DNA of 64,000 nucleotides from Octopus sinensis (GCF_006345805.1 NC_043004.1:26536001-26600000); one strand, 5' to 3'. Numbered from the stretch's first letter, positions 11,627 through 24,537 are shown. Program-made: numbers and translations. Notes: generated by a model not told the origin, from the sequence alone.

Positions 11627-13487
11627 TGCGCTCAGACAATATTAGCTTAAACTGTGGCATTTTCCAAGGTGACTCATTTTCACCACTAATTTTCTGCATA
11701 GCACTAATACCACTCTCAAGTGAACTGAATAGAACAGGATATGGCTACAAAATTGACAACAGGAAAATAAGCCATCTATTTTATATGGATGATTTAAAAC
11801 TATATGGCAAAGCTGATGAAGAGCTTGAAGTGCTACTACATACTGTGAAATGATTCAGTGGTGATATCGGGATGGAGTTTGGCCTTGAAAAGTGTGCCAA
11901 AGCCACTTTTAAGAAAGGGAAATTGGTAAAGTCAAGTTCAATCGAATTAGATGTCGAAACAGTAATAAAGGAACTTGAGCAGGAACAAACCTATAAATAC
12001 CTAGGAATAAATGAAGGCTCTGGTATCTAGCATGCTATCATGAAAGAAAAGGTTAGGAAGGAATGTTATAGAAGAGTTCGAGCAGTCCTGAAGTCTGAGC
12101 TGAATGCATATAATAAGGTGTTAGCCATAAATTCCTTAGCAGTCCCAGTTGTTCTTTGTAGCTTCAATGTGCTTAACTGGAATACCAGAGAAATAATGAA
12201 AATTGACTGAAGAATCCGCAAGCTACTGACTTGTAATAAGATGCACCATCCAAAGGCAGACGTGGATCGTCTTTACCTTCCCAGAGCTCAGGGAGGTCGA
12301 GGTTTGATCCAGCTTGAACTTACGTACAAAACCACCACAATCGGAGTGGCAAAATACTTTGAAGCAACCAACGATTGGATGCTAAAACTTGTTGAAAAAC
12401 ATTAAAGACCGAAAAAACTTCACTCTATTCTGAAAGAGTGCAAAAAATTCGCTACTGATCTCTTAGATACCTACCAGATTGCTGAGGTTGAAGGAAATGC
12501 GCCAACTGCCGCTGCAAAGAAAATAAAATTAATTGCAAAGGAAAAAGCCCATGAAAAATTAGCTAGCAGATGGGAACAGAAGAAGCCCCTACATGGCAAG
12601 TATCTGGCCTGTAGCAAATAAGCTGATGTCGACCAGAAACAGGGCTAAAAGCAAAGAGTGAAAGTTTCATATTAGCTGCTCAAGACCAAAGATTATTAAC
12701 CCGGAACTACCAAGCCAATGTGATTAAAAATGGAGCTGACCCAAAATGCCGATTCTGTAACGATGAGATTGAAACTATAGACCACCTAATCTCAGGATGT
12801 ATAGTCTTAGCACCTGTAGAATATAAAGCAAGACATGACAGAGTCGGCCAGTATTTACATTGGAAAATATGTCAGCATTATAAAATCAAAACTGCTGACA
12901 AATGGTATAAACACCATCTTGAAGCTGTGACTGAGGGAGAAAGTGTATAGATTCTATGGGACTTCCTTGTACATGCCGACAAAACTATAAAAGCTAATAA
13001 ACCGGATATTATTTAAAAAGATCAGACAAAAATGATGTGTTTATTAATTGACATGAGTATTCCTTGCGATCACAATATAGCGGCGAAAGATCAATAAATA
13101 TAAAGACTTGCTAATAGAAATTGAAAAAATGTGGCATCTCAAGGCGACTACAGTACCAGTGATTGTAGGATCTCTAGGAATGATAAAAAAAAAGGTACTG
13201 AAACTTATTTGAAAATGATACCAGGCTTACCATCCATACAGGAAGTGCAAAAAGTCGTATTAACTGGAACGTGTCATGTAATGAGAAGAGCACTATCGCT
13301 ATGAAAACAACATCCATTCACGAATTTATTTATTTATTAATTTTTAAATACATATTTCACCTATGAATTTGCGCGTGTAATCTTGGAATGCATACAATGA
13401 GCTTCTCTGCTCTAGGTGTACGGAAAACACTCGGCGAGAAACGGAAGAAAATTTGTAGAAAGAAGGAAAAAATGATAATAATAATAA
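11626..13487 (+). mobile_element. 5'-truncated R4/Dong-like non-LTR retrotransposon (RT, CCHC, restriction-like endonuclease), pseudogenised
   Basis: GIFQGDSFSP, HLFYMDDLKLY, YKYLG, MHHPKADVDRLYLPR..GGRGL, CRFC..ETIDHLISGC, RHD and KPDI motifs; starts at a (TAA)n tract and ends in a short TAA tail. Confidence 0.92.
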
Positions 13488-13501
13488 GAGAGAGAGAGAA
13501 G

Positions 13502-13539
<38 letters not shown>

Positions 13540-13771
13540 GAAGTAACCTAATTTCAATGAGGCTATATTGACTCACGACCTTAAAAATTATCCTGTTGAA
13601 ATAAGCAATGTGTATGATCGAATGTAGCGCTGGTATAAAAAGCGCTGGTATTAATTTAATGTTCAGCCTCGTGGTGTATATATCTTTGATCTGTCATCGC
13701 TAGCCCAAGTAATACTATAATACATACATACATACATACATACATACATACATACATACATACATACACAC

Positions 13772-13818
<47 letters not shown>

Positions 13819-13975
13819 CAAGAAAACCAAAAATGGAACAAGAAGGTAACAGGCGACAACAAAACATCCGGACAGTTAGACGATACTAAAAAGCACAGGA
13901 AAAAAACATGAGACATTCGGAGCTTCCTATCAGTCGAGTTCCAGATCATCTTTGCAGTTTCAGCCGGTTACACAC

Positions 13976-14068
<93 letters not shown>

Positions 14069-14079
14069 TTTCACTACAA

Positions 14080-14480
14080 TGAGAGGTTGTTGTTGTTGAG
14101 AGAAATACAGCAAGAGAGGGAGAGAGAGTGTGTATGTGTGAAATAGAGATAAATGTCGCTATACTAATTAGCAAGCTTTGATTGAAAGCAGGAATAAGAG
14201 ATACATTGTACTTGCATCTAAAACAATCAAGCAACGTGATGCGCGGCTATTCTAATCAGAAGAAGTTTCAACTGCGAAGGGGCGTCCAGTAAGTCGGCAG
14301 ATATGATATATTGTTATTAACAATCTAGCCTTAAAAAGTGTGAAAAATATATATCGCCACGAAATAAGCTATAAAAAATCGCGGACGATATTCACAATTC
14401 CGCGAATATGCGGTGGTGTCCGTGAACAATTGTTAGTTCCACGAATAACTGAGACTGCGAATGCAGAACCGCGAATGTAT
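14080..14480 (-). mobile_element. Probable Tigger-like subterminal region
   Basis: Repeated CCGCGAAT/CGCGGA motifs (14380-14477) resemble pogo/Tigger ends and may belong with 10930-11095. Confidence 0.35.
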
Positions 14481-14949
14481 ATAATATAAATTACAATAAC
14501 AAAACCATCATCAATGACATCTACATCGTAACATCTGTGGCGTGTTAAAAGAAGTTAACCGATATAAGTCAGTTCCAGTAATGGAAGGCATATAACACAA
14601 AGGATAGTACTACCTTGCACGAAAAATTTATAAGAGAAAGAACAAGGAAGAAAGGGTTATATGTATGCTTTTAAACAATTGGAGGAATACTTCCACCTAA
14701 TTTCTCAAAAATAGTGGATCACTCGTTGATATATGCTAAGACTACGTCCTCTTGACAGATGGAGAGTATATGAAACCATATGTCTATTATCTGTAAGTGA
14801 AGAAAAATCACCGAGAAGGAAAGCAGATATGCTGCTCTCTACCTTGGCCAAAAAAGTAGTTTCACAGTTTATGGGAAGGTAAAATGCAAGAGTCACAATT
14901 AAAAATATTGATATGGACGTTGACCTTTTCAGCACAGTATGATGATCAG

Positions 14950-15460
14950 GTAGGTTATAGTACCAAGTTAATATAATTATTGTCCCTCTCGATAGATAGA
15001 AAGGCCATACCTTTTGAAAATCTTATAAAATCTTTTTCCTAAGTAGTTCTAATTTTCTATTAGATGCATTTTTTATAATGAAAAGTGCATCGTGTCTATA
15101 CAGTCCTCCTCCGATTTCAGGAAATTCATCATGCAGGTCGGATAGAAGATAGATTCTAACAATGTCAGTCACTTGGGCGGAGTATGCAGAGCCCATTGTG
15201 ATATCAAAGCAATTGGGAGTGTCCTTTCCGGTCCAGAATTTGTTGTCAAGGTCAATAATGGATTTGCGGGCCGCCAAGATAACGTTAATTTCATTCATGC
15301 TAAGGTTAGTATATCTCCTAACGAAAAGATAAATGTAGATGGTGTGGTGTTTGTGGAGCTGGAAAGCTTTCTTTAGAAACCTTAATAGCAGAGGATGTTG
15401 ATGTATGATGTTGGAGATACAGGATATAGAGTCGACATATCAGGAAGCCAAATATATTGA
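14950..15460 (-). mobile_element. Penelope-like RT fragment (FD(V/I)TMG/GLYRDD type)
   Basis: ORF 15023-15298: ARKSI..W..K...FDITMGS..AQVTDIV..GLYRHDAL. Confidence 0.8.
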
Positions 15461-15475
15461 ACACTGTCCGATCAC

Positions 15476-15626
15476 ACCACCACCACCACCGCCACCGCCG
15501 CCGCCATCACCTCCACCGCCGCCGCCATCACCTCCACCGCCGCCGCCATCACCACCACCACCTCCGCCGCCACCGTCGTCGTCGCCGCTGCCACCGCCGA
15601 CCACCACCACCACTACCACCACCACT
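15476..15626. repeat. (CCA/CCG)n trinucleotide microsatellite
   Basis: Directly visible. Confidence 0.9.
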
Positions 15627-16239
15627 GACTTCAAACAATTATAAAAGTGTAATAATTGCGCCCACTTCATAAGAAAAATATTCCTGGAAAAAGGTTTTCT
15701 TCCTTCCTTCCTTCCTTTTTCCTTCCTCCTTTACTTCATTCATTCATTCGCTTGTTCGTTTATTCATGTATTTATTCATTCAATCATTGGTTTATTCATT
15801 CATGCATTTATTCATTTTAGTTTTGAATGTCTCCATTATTGGCCAGAATCAACCAATGACTGTTCGTCTATGTCAAAGTAGAGCAGACATTGAGCCATTG
15901 CTTCAAAACTTGGAATCTTTGACACAATTTTATGTTTTTCTGTTGGTGATTTTTAAAAACTTTTTACTTGTTTTTCTTTGCTGCACTTCAGCAGACAAAT
16001 CAATATTCTATTTAGAGATATCACTAAAGAATGAGAAGCAAAGCCAGCAAGAGGAATAGATATTGGTTTTGAACAGAACAATAATATTTCTGAGAAAGAT
16101 ACAAAAAATATATATATTAAAAACAAGAGCAATTTCATCAGAATCTTCTATATTGTTGTTGTTATTTATTTTTTCGATTCTATTCAATCTATTCTCAAGT
16201 ATATTGAACATTGATAGTGAAGTCAGTTATTGCACGGTG

Positions 16240-16640
16240 TTAAGATTCAGAAGTGATTGAACGAATTCTAGGAAAGTTCAGTCCTTATTGATAACAAAGA
16301 GGAACTCTTTACATACAAAAGGACAAGTGAACAATGCATCTGTCATCAAATGTGAGAATATTGAATATTGTGGAAGCACAGACAATAAAATATGGAAGGT
16401 CTTTAAAGCCTGTTAAGAACTGTGAAAATAAAGGATACACAATGTATGATGAGAATTGCAGAAAATGGCTTCATTATACGTGCATACACGTCTTGACACC
16501 ATCAAAAACTTCTTGCCACATTGTTAATGGCCAGATCTTTAAGAAACCCATACGTTTATATAGCTACATATACTTACACCTTGACTGCAACTTTAAATTT
16601 ATACCTGTGATTATTGGGGTATTTGATTATGTAATTTCCC
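16240..16640 (+). mobile_element. Highly decayed R4/Dong-like endonuclease 3' remnant
   Basis: LDCNFKFIPVIIGVFDY resembles YPDYKFRFIPVIIGVHY of the 43249-43656 copy. Confidence 0.4.
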
Positions 16641-17507
16641 TTGAACTAATCTTAGGAGACCAGGTTTCACAAAACGAGAACGATCACAATTAATTTTGAA
16701 ATTACAATTAAAGAACCGACTGCTCAAATAGTTTATGTCGTATTGATTTTCATGTGGCTTCAAGTACTTTTAAAATTTGTGTCTACAGTAGCAATCCATT
16801 AATGGCACAGTAAAATTACGTATTACATACTGCTGGAGTTTAGATATAATAACTACATATATATATATGATATATTCATACACCTATACATGCATACGTA
16901 CACACGCATGAATAGTTACATATAGATACATATATACATACATATATACATATATGCCTAAATATTAGTCTAAAATCTTTGGCTTTTAGTTGGAGATCAG
17001 TTGTTCATGAAGTGGTGAAAATTCTTTAAAAAATAAATTAGAACATGCATATACTTGCGTACATACATACATGCATACATACACACATACTCATACACAC
17101 ACATACACTCGCACACATATAAATCATATATCATATATACGTACACACAAACGCATGCATATATCTATGATGTAAAGTTTGATTCAACCGTCTTTTCATC
17201 GACAATCAAAATAGCTGTACAATCTGATGCTTTTAGAGTAGTTGCGCAATAGGCACCACACAAATATACTAATTCGTTATAATATCTACCACTTCCCAGT
17301 TTGTTTTGGTTATTTTGAATGACATCATAATAAGCATTTATATGTTGTACATCGTTGAAGACCGCAAGCATAGACTTTAGAAATTGTTCTAACCTCTAAC
17401 CGTCTTTCCCCATTCCACTCTCTACCTGACTATTTTTTCATCACGTCTCCATTTATTTATTTTTCACATTCCACGTTTTTATCAGTGTTTTTTTTTATCT
17501 AACACAG

Positions 17508-18320
17508 TTAGAAAATCCTCGGTACTTTCCAGGAAGTTTTGACCAAATTTCCCGGAAGTTAGGAAATCATCGGAACTTTCCAGGATTTTTCGACCAAATT
17601 TCCTGGAAGGTAGAGAATCATCGGAACTTTCCAGGATGTTTTCGACCAAATATCCAGGAAGTTAGAAAATCCTCGAAACTTTCCAGGAAGTTTTCGATCA
17701 AATTTCCCGGAAGTTAGAAAATCATCGGAACTTTCAAGGATGTTTTCGACCAAATTCGCCGGAAGCTAGAAAATCCTCGGAACTTTCCAGGATGTTTTCG
17801 ACCAAAATTACCAGAAGTTAGAAAATCCTCGGAACTTTCAAGGATGTTTTCGACCAAAATTACCGGAAGTTAGAAAATCCTCAGAACTTTCCAGGAAGTT
17901 TTCGACCAAATTTTCCGGAAGAAAAAAAATCATCGGAACATCCCATTAAGTTTTCGACCAAACATCACGAAATTAGAAAATACGCGGAACTTCCCAGGAA
18001 ATTTTCGACGAAATTTCCCGGAAGGTAAAAATTCTTGGAACTTCCCAGGAAGTTTTTGACTGAATTTCCAGCCAGTTAGAAAACACCGGAACTCTCCCGG
18101 AAGTTTTCGACCAAATTTCCCGGAAGTTAGAAAATCCTCGGAACTTTCCAGGAAGTTTTCGACCAAATTTTCCGGAAGGTAAAAAAATCGTCGGAATTCC
18201 CCATTAATTTTTCGACCAAACATCCCGAAATTAGAAAATACGCGGAACTTCCCAGGAAATTTTCGACGAAATTTCCCGGAAGGTAAAAATCCTTGGAACT
18301 TCCCAGGAAGTTTTCGATCA
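17508..18320. repeat. 52-bp minisatellite (~15.5 units) with a ~257-bp higher-order duplication
   Basis: Consensus TTAGAAAATCCTCGGAACTTTCCAGGAAGTTTTCGACCAAATTTCCCGGAAG. Unit starts at 17508, 17559, 17610, 17662, 17714, 17766, 17818, 17870. 17870-18060 recurs at 18127-18318. Confidence 0.95.
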
Positions 18321-18329
18321 ATTGTATAA

Positions 18330-19215
18330 TGCTTTGGTTGGAAATAGCTGTGGGAATGACATGAACATTGTGAATAAAACAAAGTCGAGTATACTATTTT
18401 CCCCTAATTGGACAGGTAATAATTTGCTGTATGGGAAAGTCTTTTGCTGTATCGAGGAAAGGGTTCATATCCCTCCACATCAGTTGCTTGGTTCCAGGCT
18501 GGATATAATCCTCGGACCAGCTAAGATTAGTAAAATTAAAGACCCCTGTTAAAAGCATATTAGCCTGTGTGCTGGCCTCAGCTAGGGTTAGACTTGTGAG
18601 TAAAAAAAAGCACCTCTGAAGTGATCTTCGTTGTTAACCGCGTCAGGATGACGGTAGGTAATACTTTTAATATCATTTCCTTTTTATATAAATTAGTCTG
18701 AAATTGTCGAATACATTTCTTTGCAAATTAGGTAAACGGGAAAATAAACGGGAATTCTAGATTTAGAATGCAAAATATAAGCTCCTATGAGCACACATAA
18801 CTCAGCCCCATCGTATACCCCCATCAGTACATCAAAAAGAGAATCCTCACTCTTTTTGACCCAAATAGAATCCTCGTAGAAAAGAAGGGATTTCCTTACA
18901 TGTATTATTCAGAAATAATATCTATTTCTGAATCATCAATGCTGGCATACTGCTTGGCGAAGTTTAATGCTTTTAGAAGCAAAGGCCTGGATATTGACGG
19001 GTAAAAGTCAACAATATCAAACTGTGTAAAATTGCAGTTATGCCTATGGCTAATCCCTTTAAACCAATCTATTGCTGACTTGCTATTTTTCCAAATCCGT
19101 AAATTTAATTCACTATCTTAGTTAAAATACGATCTAAATATATTTGCTAATAACACCTATTTCAGTTTTAGGCGGATTGATCAATCTACATTTTTCTATT
19201 AAAATTAGCTTTATG
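18330..19215 (-). mobile_element. Penelope-like RT remnant
   Basis: CRLINPPKTEIGVI, QFDIVDFYPSISRPLLLKALNFAKQY and IWVKKSEDSLFDVLMGVYDGAELCVLIG. Confidence 0.85.
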
Positions 19216-19420
19216 GTATTCTAGGAAAAAATCCAATGGTTAGGGTTCCATCTCTTTCAGCTGTTTCTTCTTCCTACTTATGTAGAGTCGCTCATACTTT
19301 CAACAAAAGAAGCGGATTACAACGGAGTAAGCACATAAATGTGAAACAAGGTAGAAAAAGAGTACTCAAATACCAGAGGTAGAGTAATATGCTTTATTTA
19401 AAAGCAGCAAAAATATCACA

Positions 19421-19466
19421 AAAACTGTTACTCAGAGTTTCACGTTCCCGTTCGTAGGACAGTTTT
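19421..19466 (-). ncRNA. Type-I hammerhead fold with mutated core
   Basis: AAAACUGU-CCUACGA-ACG(GGAA)CGU-GAAA-CUC(U)GAG-UA-ACAGUUUU. Perfect 8-bp stem I; lies next to a PLE RT. Confidence 0.7.
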
Positions 19467-20299
19467 GTAAGAATGGAACAGAAATGATGATATAATCAAA
19501 CAAAAACAAAAACTAGTTTAAAGGATACACCTTTGAAAATGGTTTTATTTCATTGGTCCTTTCGACTAACGGTCTTAAGCATGCAATGAGCAAAATAAAT
19601 TCAGTATAAATTCATCCTACTGTAAAATCGAAGAAAACCTTAAATCGAAGGACAGATTCCATATACATATGTTAAATAATTATATACGAAATATAAGTCA
19701 ATTAATACATTAAAATTAAAATTGTTTAAATATAATAATATATATGTATAATTTTATTTTCATTTTATTTTCATATTATTTCAGTCATTTTAGTATTTAT
19801 TTTTATTTATCTTTATTATATTGTTACCTTTTATTATTATATTTTATTATTTTATCTTTGTCTGTATACCTTATCGTTGTCTGAATATTTTATTATCTTT
19901 ATTTTTATTATGATTCATTATTTACTTTTACTTATTTTTATATTTTATATTTTAATATATTTTTATATACTTTAGTTTATTATTATTATTATATTAAAAA
20001 AAATTAATACACATATACACAAATAACTAAACATACTTTTATCTACTTAGTTGGAGTTCCTAAACCGATCAACATGTAGCTTCGTTAATGTCCTTTTGCT
20101 GTGATGATACTTTGCTCTAAATTTTCAAAATGCAAACTTATTTTATTCTATATGATTGTAATTTGTACTGAGTGTAAATTGAAACAATTGTATGCAATGT
20201 TAAAAGATGTTTTATATGACACATTCTACCAGTGTCCGAAGTTTGAAAGTGTTTAGTTACGAAAAATTATTTTTTAAAGCTGTAGGTCAAAATGCAAAG

Positions 20300-20335
<36 letters not shown>

Positions 20336-20384
20336 ACTTTAACAAAAGGCGTGAATTCAGCTTCACAACCTTCAATGGAGTGAA

Positions 20385-20435
20385 CGTTACTGAAGAGTAT
20401 TAATTTCCATACGAAATTAGGATGTTAATGTAATG
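20385..20435 (+). ncRNA. Type-I hammerhead fold, canonical core, non-cleavable G at position 17
   Basis: CGUUA-CUGAAGA-GUAU(loop)AUAC-GAAA-UUAG(GAUG)UUAA-UG-UAAUG. Confidence 0.55.
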
Positions 20436-20599
20436 GAACATGTGCTTTATGTGGCTAAAGAGTCTATGACTTATTTCTAGCAATGCCGGTGCTCACTGCA
20501 CCTGTGGTCACTTTTAGAAAGAGAGAGAGAGAGAGAGAGAGATTAGGTGATTGATTTATGTATGTGTGTTTGTGTGTATACAAGTTAGTAACCAAACAA

Positions 20600-21450
20600 A
20601 GATAAGTAGCACTCAGCACATTTGGTTTGAATTAAATTGAACCAGGTGGGCATGTAAGGCGCGTCAATCTCCTTAGGTGTTTGGAGACTGAGGAGATTGT
20701 CTAAAAACTTCTAATTGCTTCTAGCTGTTTATGCCACTACTCATCAGTTCAAATCACGTGGTTATAATGCTACCGAAGTAAAATCAGTTACCTTATTTTG
20801 GGTGACCATTACAGACAGGATGTTTGCACCGTTTTGACGGCAGGCTGCAGTGCGGTAAATTCAGTGACAGCTTGTCTACAATATTAGATACTTCATTCTA
20901 ATTTTAAATTTTGTTGAATACTATTGACTGACGGATTATATGCAGTTTCTCATGGCAGCATAGTTAGCAGTCACAAACTCCATGCCAGTAATGTGGGAAT
21001 CATTGTTACTGCCTCAAAAGGTTCCCTGTTTTAATAAAATTTAAGCCTCTAACTGCTTATAACCCAGGTATATCTCTCAGGACCTAGTTGACCCACACGC
21101 AAGGTCAGGCATATAGGTATTGCTTGCCTGTATAGACGACCCCCTACTCGTGCTAGTCAAGCGATCTCAATTTGTAATTGAACACCATCAAAACGGTTCT
21201 CCCACACAATGATTTCTGTTACTAATGTGTTCAGACACTGCTGTATCACATGATTGTTCCTGCTAATTTCACCACGATCGGTGCAAATTACAAGAAATTG
21301 ATGTCTCTGGCGATACTAGCCTACAGTTTACTGTCAGTGTGACACCAGCATCCTGCCAACACCGTGTCCGTATCCATTGACGTTACCAGTTGTTGAATGA
21401 AAAAAATCTCTTAGGTTGAATTTGATTTGAGCGTTCTTTCTGTTCGCGTC
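20600..21450 (-). mobile_element. Possible very old LTR-retrotransposon (Gypsy-like) integrase remnant
   Basis: SNNDSHITGMEF (SDNG.F..EF-like), TAYNPSVNS (T.YHPQ.NG-like) and YRTAACRQNG (YRT.PH.TG-like) occur in the expected order across frameshifts. Confidence 0.35.
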
Positions 21451-22529
21451 TATAAACTGTTAATGTTTCAGCAAGTAAAAATGACAACTCGCAAAACACA
21501 CACACACACACACACAGCGACAGGAATTATCTAGGAACTCTATGTACATGAAACAATAGTTAAGTGGGCGTTACATCTTACATCTTAGTGAGAGAAAGTA
21601 CACCATTTAATTAAAAATCCTATTGCAATAAAGAGAGGTAAAGATAAACTCAACAAATAATTACATGTCTAACTCAAATTCTAATTACTTCATATCTGAG
21701 ATTTCTCACACTCTTGTAATGATCAATTTTCAGAACCATCAGTCATTGAAACTTCATCTCTCTCTCTTCCCAGGGAAAGTAACTTTTGTTAAAATGTTTT
21801 TGCTTACTACACATACATGTGCATATACATACAATCAGCAACAGTGTGTGTGTGTGTGTGTGTAACATTGCTGCAGGGTATATATTATTATAAACTACAA
21901 GCTCTTAGTAAAACACTATAGATAGCAGAAAAACTGAATTTTTTTTGTTTTATTGAATTTTTTATTGCGTCCATCATTCTGCTAAGAAAATAATAGCTTA
22001 TAGCTATATATAAATACTATTTGGTTCATACATAGTTAAGATAATTTGCGTATTGGTGCTAGTTTGACAACCGTTAATAATTCTCTCTATAGCAAGAGCA
22101 GCATAAATGCTAGACATTTGGAGTTTTATAGCACATTTATACTTTTAAAATATATCATTTTTATGAATAGCTTGATGTAAAAAAAAATGAGCAGTGATAT
22201 AACTAGTTGATGTTTTAACTAAAGCACGCAGTTAGCCATCAGTAAGTATTGTCTACATCATACATTGTAACCTAGATAAAGAAGACGTCAATATTAAACA
22301 GTTGTATCATATAGTTGACAATTACTCAAGTAGCTAATTCTTTCATTAAAAGTACCTGTCAACTTACAAACTCCGTTTGTAGCTTTTGGCATGGATATCT
22401 CTGGGGGTGGAGTAGATGAGAACCGATAAATCTAGTGCAGTTTAGCAACATAAACCCCATCCCCAAATCGCTACGAATGATGATTACAAAATCACAAATC
22501 ATATCCAAAGTTCAGCTTTATATATATTA

Positions 22530-22922
22530 CTAGCAGTATCGCCCGGCGTTGCTCGGGTTTGTAAGGGAAATAACTATACAGCATTTTTAGAGAGTTATAG
22601 CCAAAAAATAGCAAAAAAATGCATTAAAAATGGAAAAAATATGATGGTAAATTTTTTTTAAATCGTTGACTCATTGTAGACATTTTTAGAGAGTTACTTC
22701 CCTTTAAAAAAATATGCATGAAAATGGAAAAAAATGATGGTAAATTATTTTTAAAATCGTAGACTCATCGTAGACGCGCGCTAATACCCAGAAGGGCTCG
22801 ATATGAATCACGACTATAAGATACCCGGTTTTGGTTAAACTGCACCGCAAAATGTGGGAGTAGTTAGGAATCTAAATCGAAGAGGACAGACACTCACACA
22901 ACTACAGTTTTATATATATAGA
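22530..22922 (-). mobile_element. Non-autonomous Helitron
   Basis: Minus strand begins A|TC and ends with hairpin CCCGAGCAACGCCGGG, then CTAG|T. No TSD; internal ~100-bp duplication. Confidence 0.85.
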
Positions 22923-23040
22923 TTATCTTTTCAAAAATTAATTGCAAAATTTACTTCCTTTTGGTTGCTGATTTCTACATGGCTGAATGAAGTTCAGTGC
23001 ACATTTCAATAATGTTCTAGCTTATTGGAAGGTGTTGCAG

Positions 23041-23106
<66 letters not shown>

Positions 23107-23447
23107 ACACACACACCACACACACACACATATACACACACACGCACACGCACACGCACACACATACAAACACAGAGGCTCCAAAATGTGCTCTTGTATC
23201 TTACTTGCTCTTCAGTTACTACAACAATAGCTTCTCCCCTTCCTAAGTACTACTTCTGTCCCAACCTAACTAAAATACTTATCCAAATATTCCTTCCCGG
23301 CTCTCTAGGCGTCTGGAATTCCCCACCTAACCAGGTATTTTCCACAAAAGTTCGAACTTAACAGTGTAGAAAAGTAGGATATATAGTCAAGTTTGTGTCT
23401 ACATATATAAGTATCTACATATATAAGTCAAGTTTATGTCTACCTAT

Positions 23448-23531
<84 letters not shown>

Positions 23532-23546
23532 AATATATATATATAT

Positions 23547-23582
23547 ATGACACGCAAATTCGTGAAGCGTTCCACATTTTTT
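23547..23582 (+). pseudogene. U6: U6 snRNA 3'-terminal fragment
   Basis: ATGACACGCAAATTCGTGAAGCGTTCCACATTTTTT matches the conserved 3' end of metazoan U6, including the oligo-U tail. Confidence 0.88.
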
Positions 23583-24499
23583 AGAAGAATGGCGGTGCCC
23601 CAGCATGGCCACTATTATAACCTAGTATTTAGTAAGGCCGGAGATAAAGAAAAAAACTGAAATTTAACAAAAAATACCCAAAACAAAAACAAAAATAAAC
23701 CATTCAAACAACGAGGTTAATAAGAAAAATAAGCCAAAATTCAAGGGTAATAATAAAGTCTATAATAGTAATACAAAAATAGGAAAAATGAATTTGTACA
23801 TAGTATAGGGAAGAATATCAATGATGCTAATAAAACCGAACCGCAAAAAATAAAAGGGAATCCGATTAATAACAACTTCGATAAAAAGTTATATAACAGA
23901 AATAATAATGGGAATATAAACCGAAGTATTACGAAATAAAATTTTAAAAAGCAACAATATAATACATAGCGAATATAATAAAAAAAGGAGAATAAAGATA
24001 CAAACAAAATACATAAGAAGAACACGCTAGTATAAATAATAATAATGTCTATGAAAATAGACTTAATGATAATGCAGAATGGTTCATGACTCCCTTTGAT
24101 AAACAAATTAGCACTAAAATTCTGAAATTATTTCATTCCGCTGTTAATGAACATTTTCTTAAGAGTAGCAAATATTACAGAATTTTCAATTTGTATAAAA
24201 TAAGAATAGCTTTCTCAAATTAAAGAAACATGGCGCAAATAATAGCAGAGCAAAATGCGAAAAGATTAAATTATTTCTACGAAAAGGATATTAACTATAC
24301 TGTAAATGTATTACCTAATAGTAACGAAACAAGAGTCGTCAATGTAAATAAAGTTAATAAGGAAAACGAAGCAAGGAAAATTAATGTCAAAAACAGCATG
24401 CAAGGATCGTAACAAATAAACACAAATGCTAAAACGATCAGCAATGAAAAAACAAATATTCACAACAAAGATAGTAACCTAATGTATAGAAACACCGAA

Positions 24500-24537
<38 letters not shown>

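Noticed and set aside
13905-13975. GAAA...CUGAUAG arrangement on the minus strand suggesting a permuted hammerhead
   Set aside because: Could not build convincing stems, and the core deviates
15405-15672. Poly-Pro / poly-Gly ORFs resembling formin or extensin
   Set aside because: CCA/CCG trinucleotide repeat abutting a PLE fragment; no flanking domain or splice support
17508-18320. CRISPR-like appearance, and 150-aa repetitive ORF, of the 52-bp array
   Set aside because: No unique spacers, no cas genes, eukaryotic context; the ORFs are by-products of the tandem repeat
22368-22400. 33-nt minus-strand AG/GTAAGT-bounded micro-exon candidate
   Set aside because: Such signals arise by chance; no recognisable peptide or partner exon
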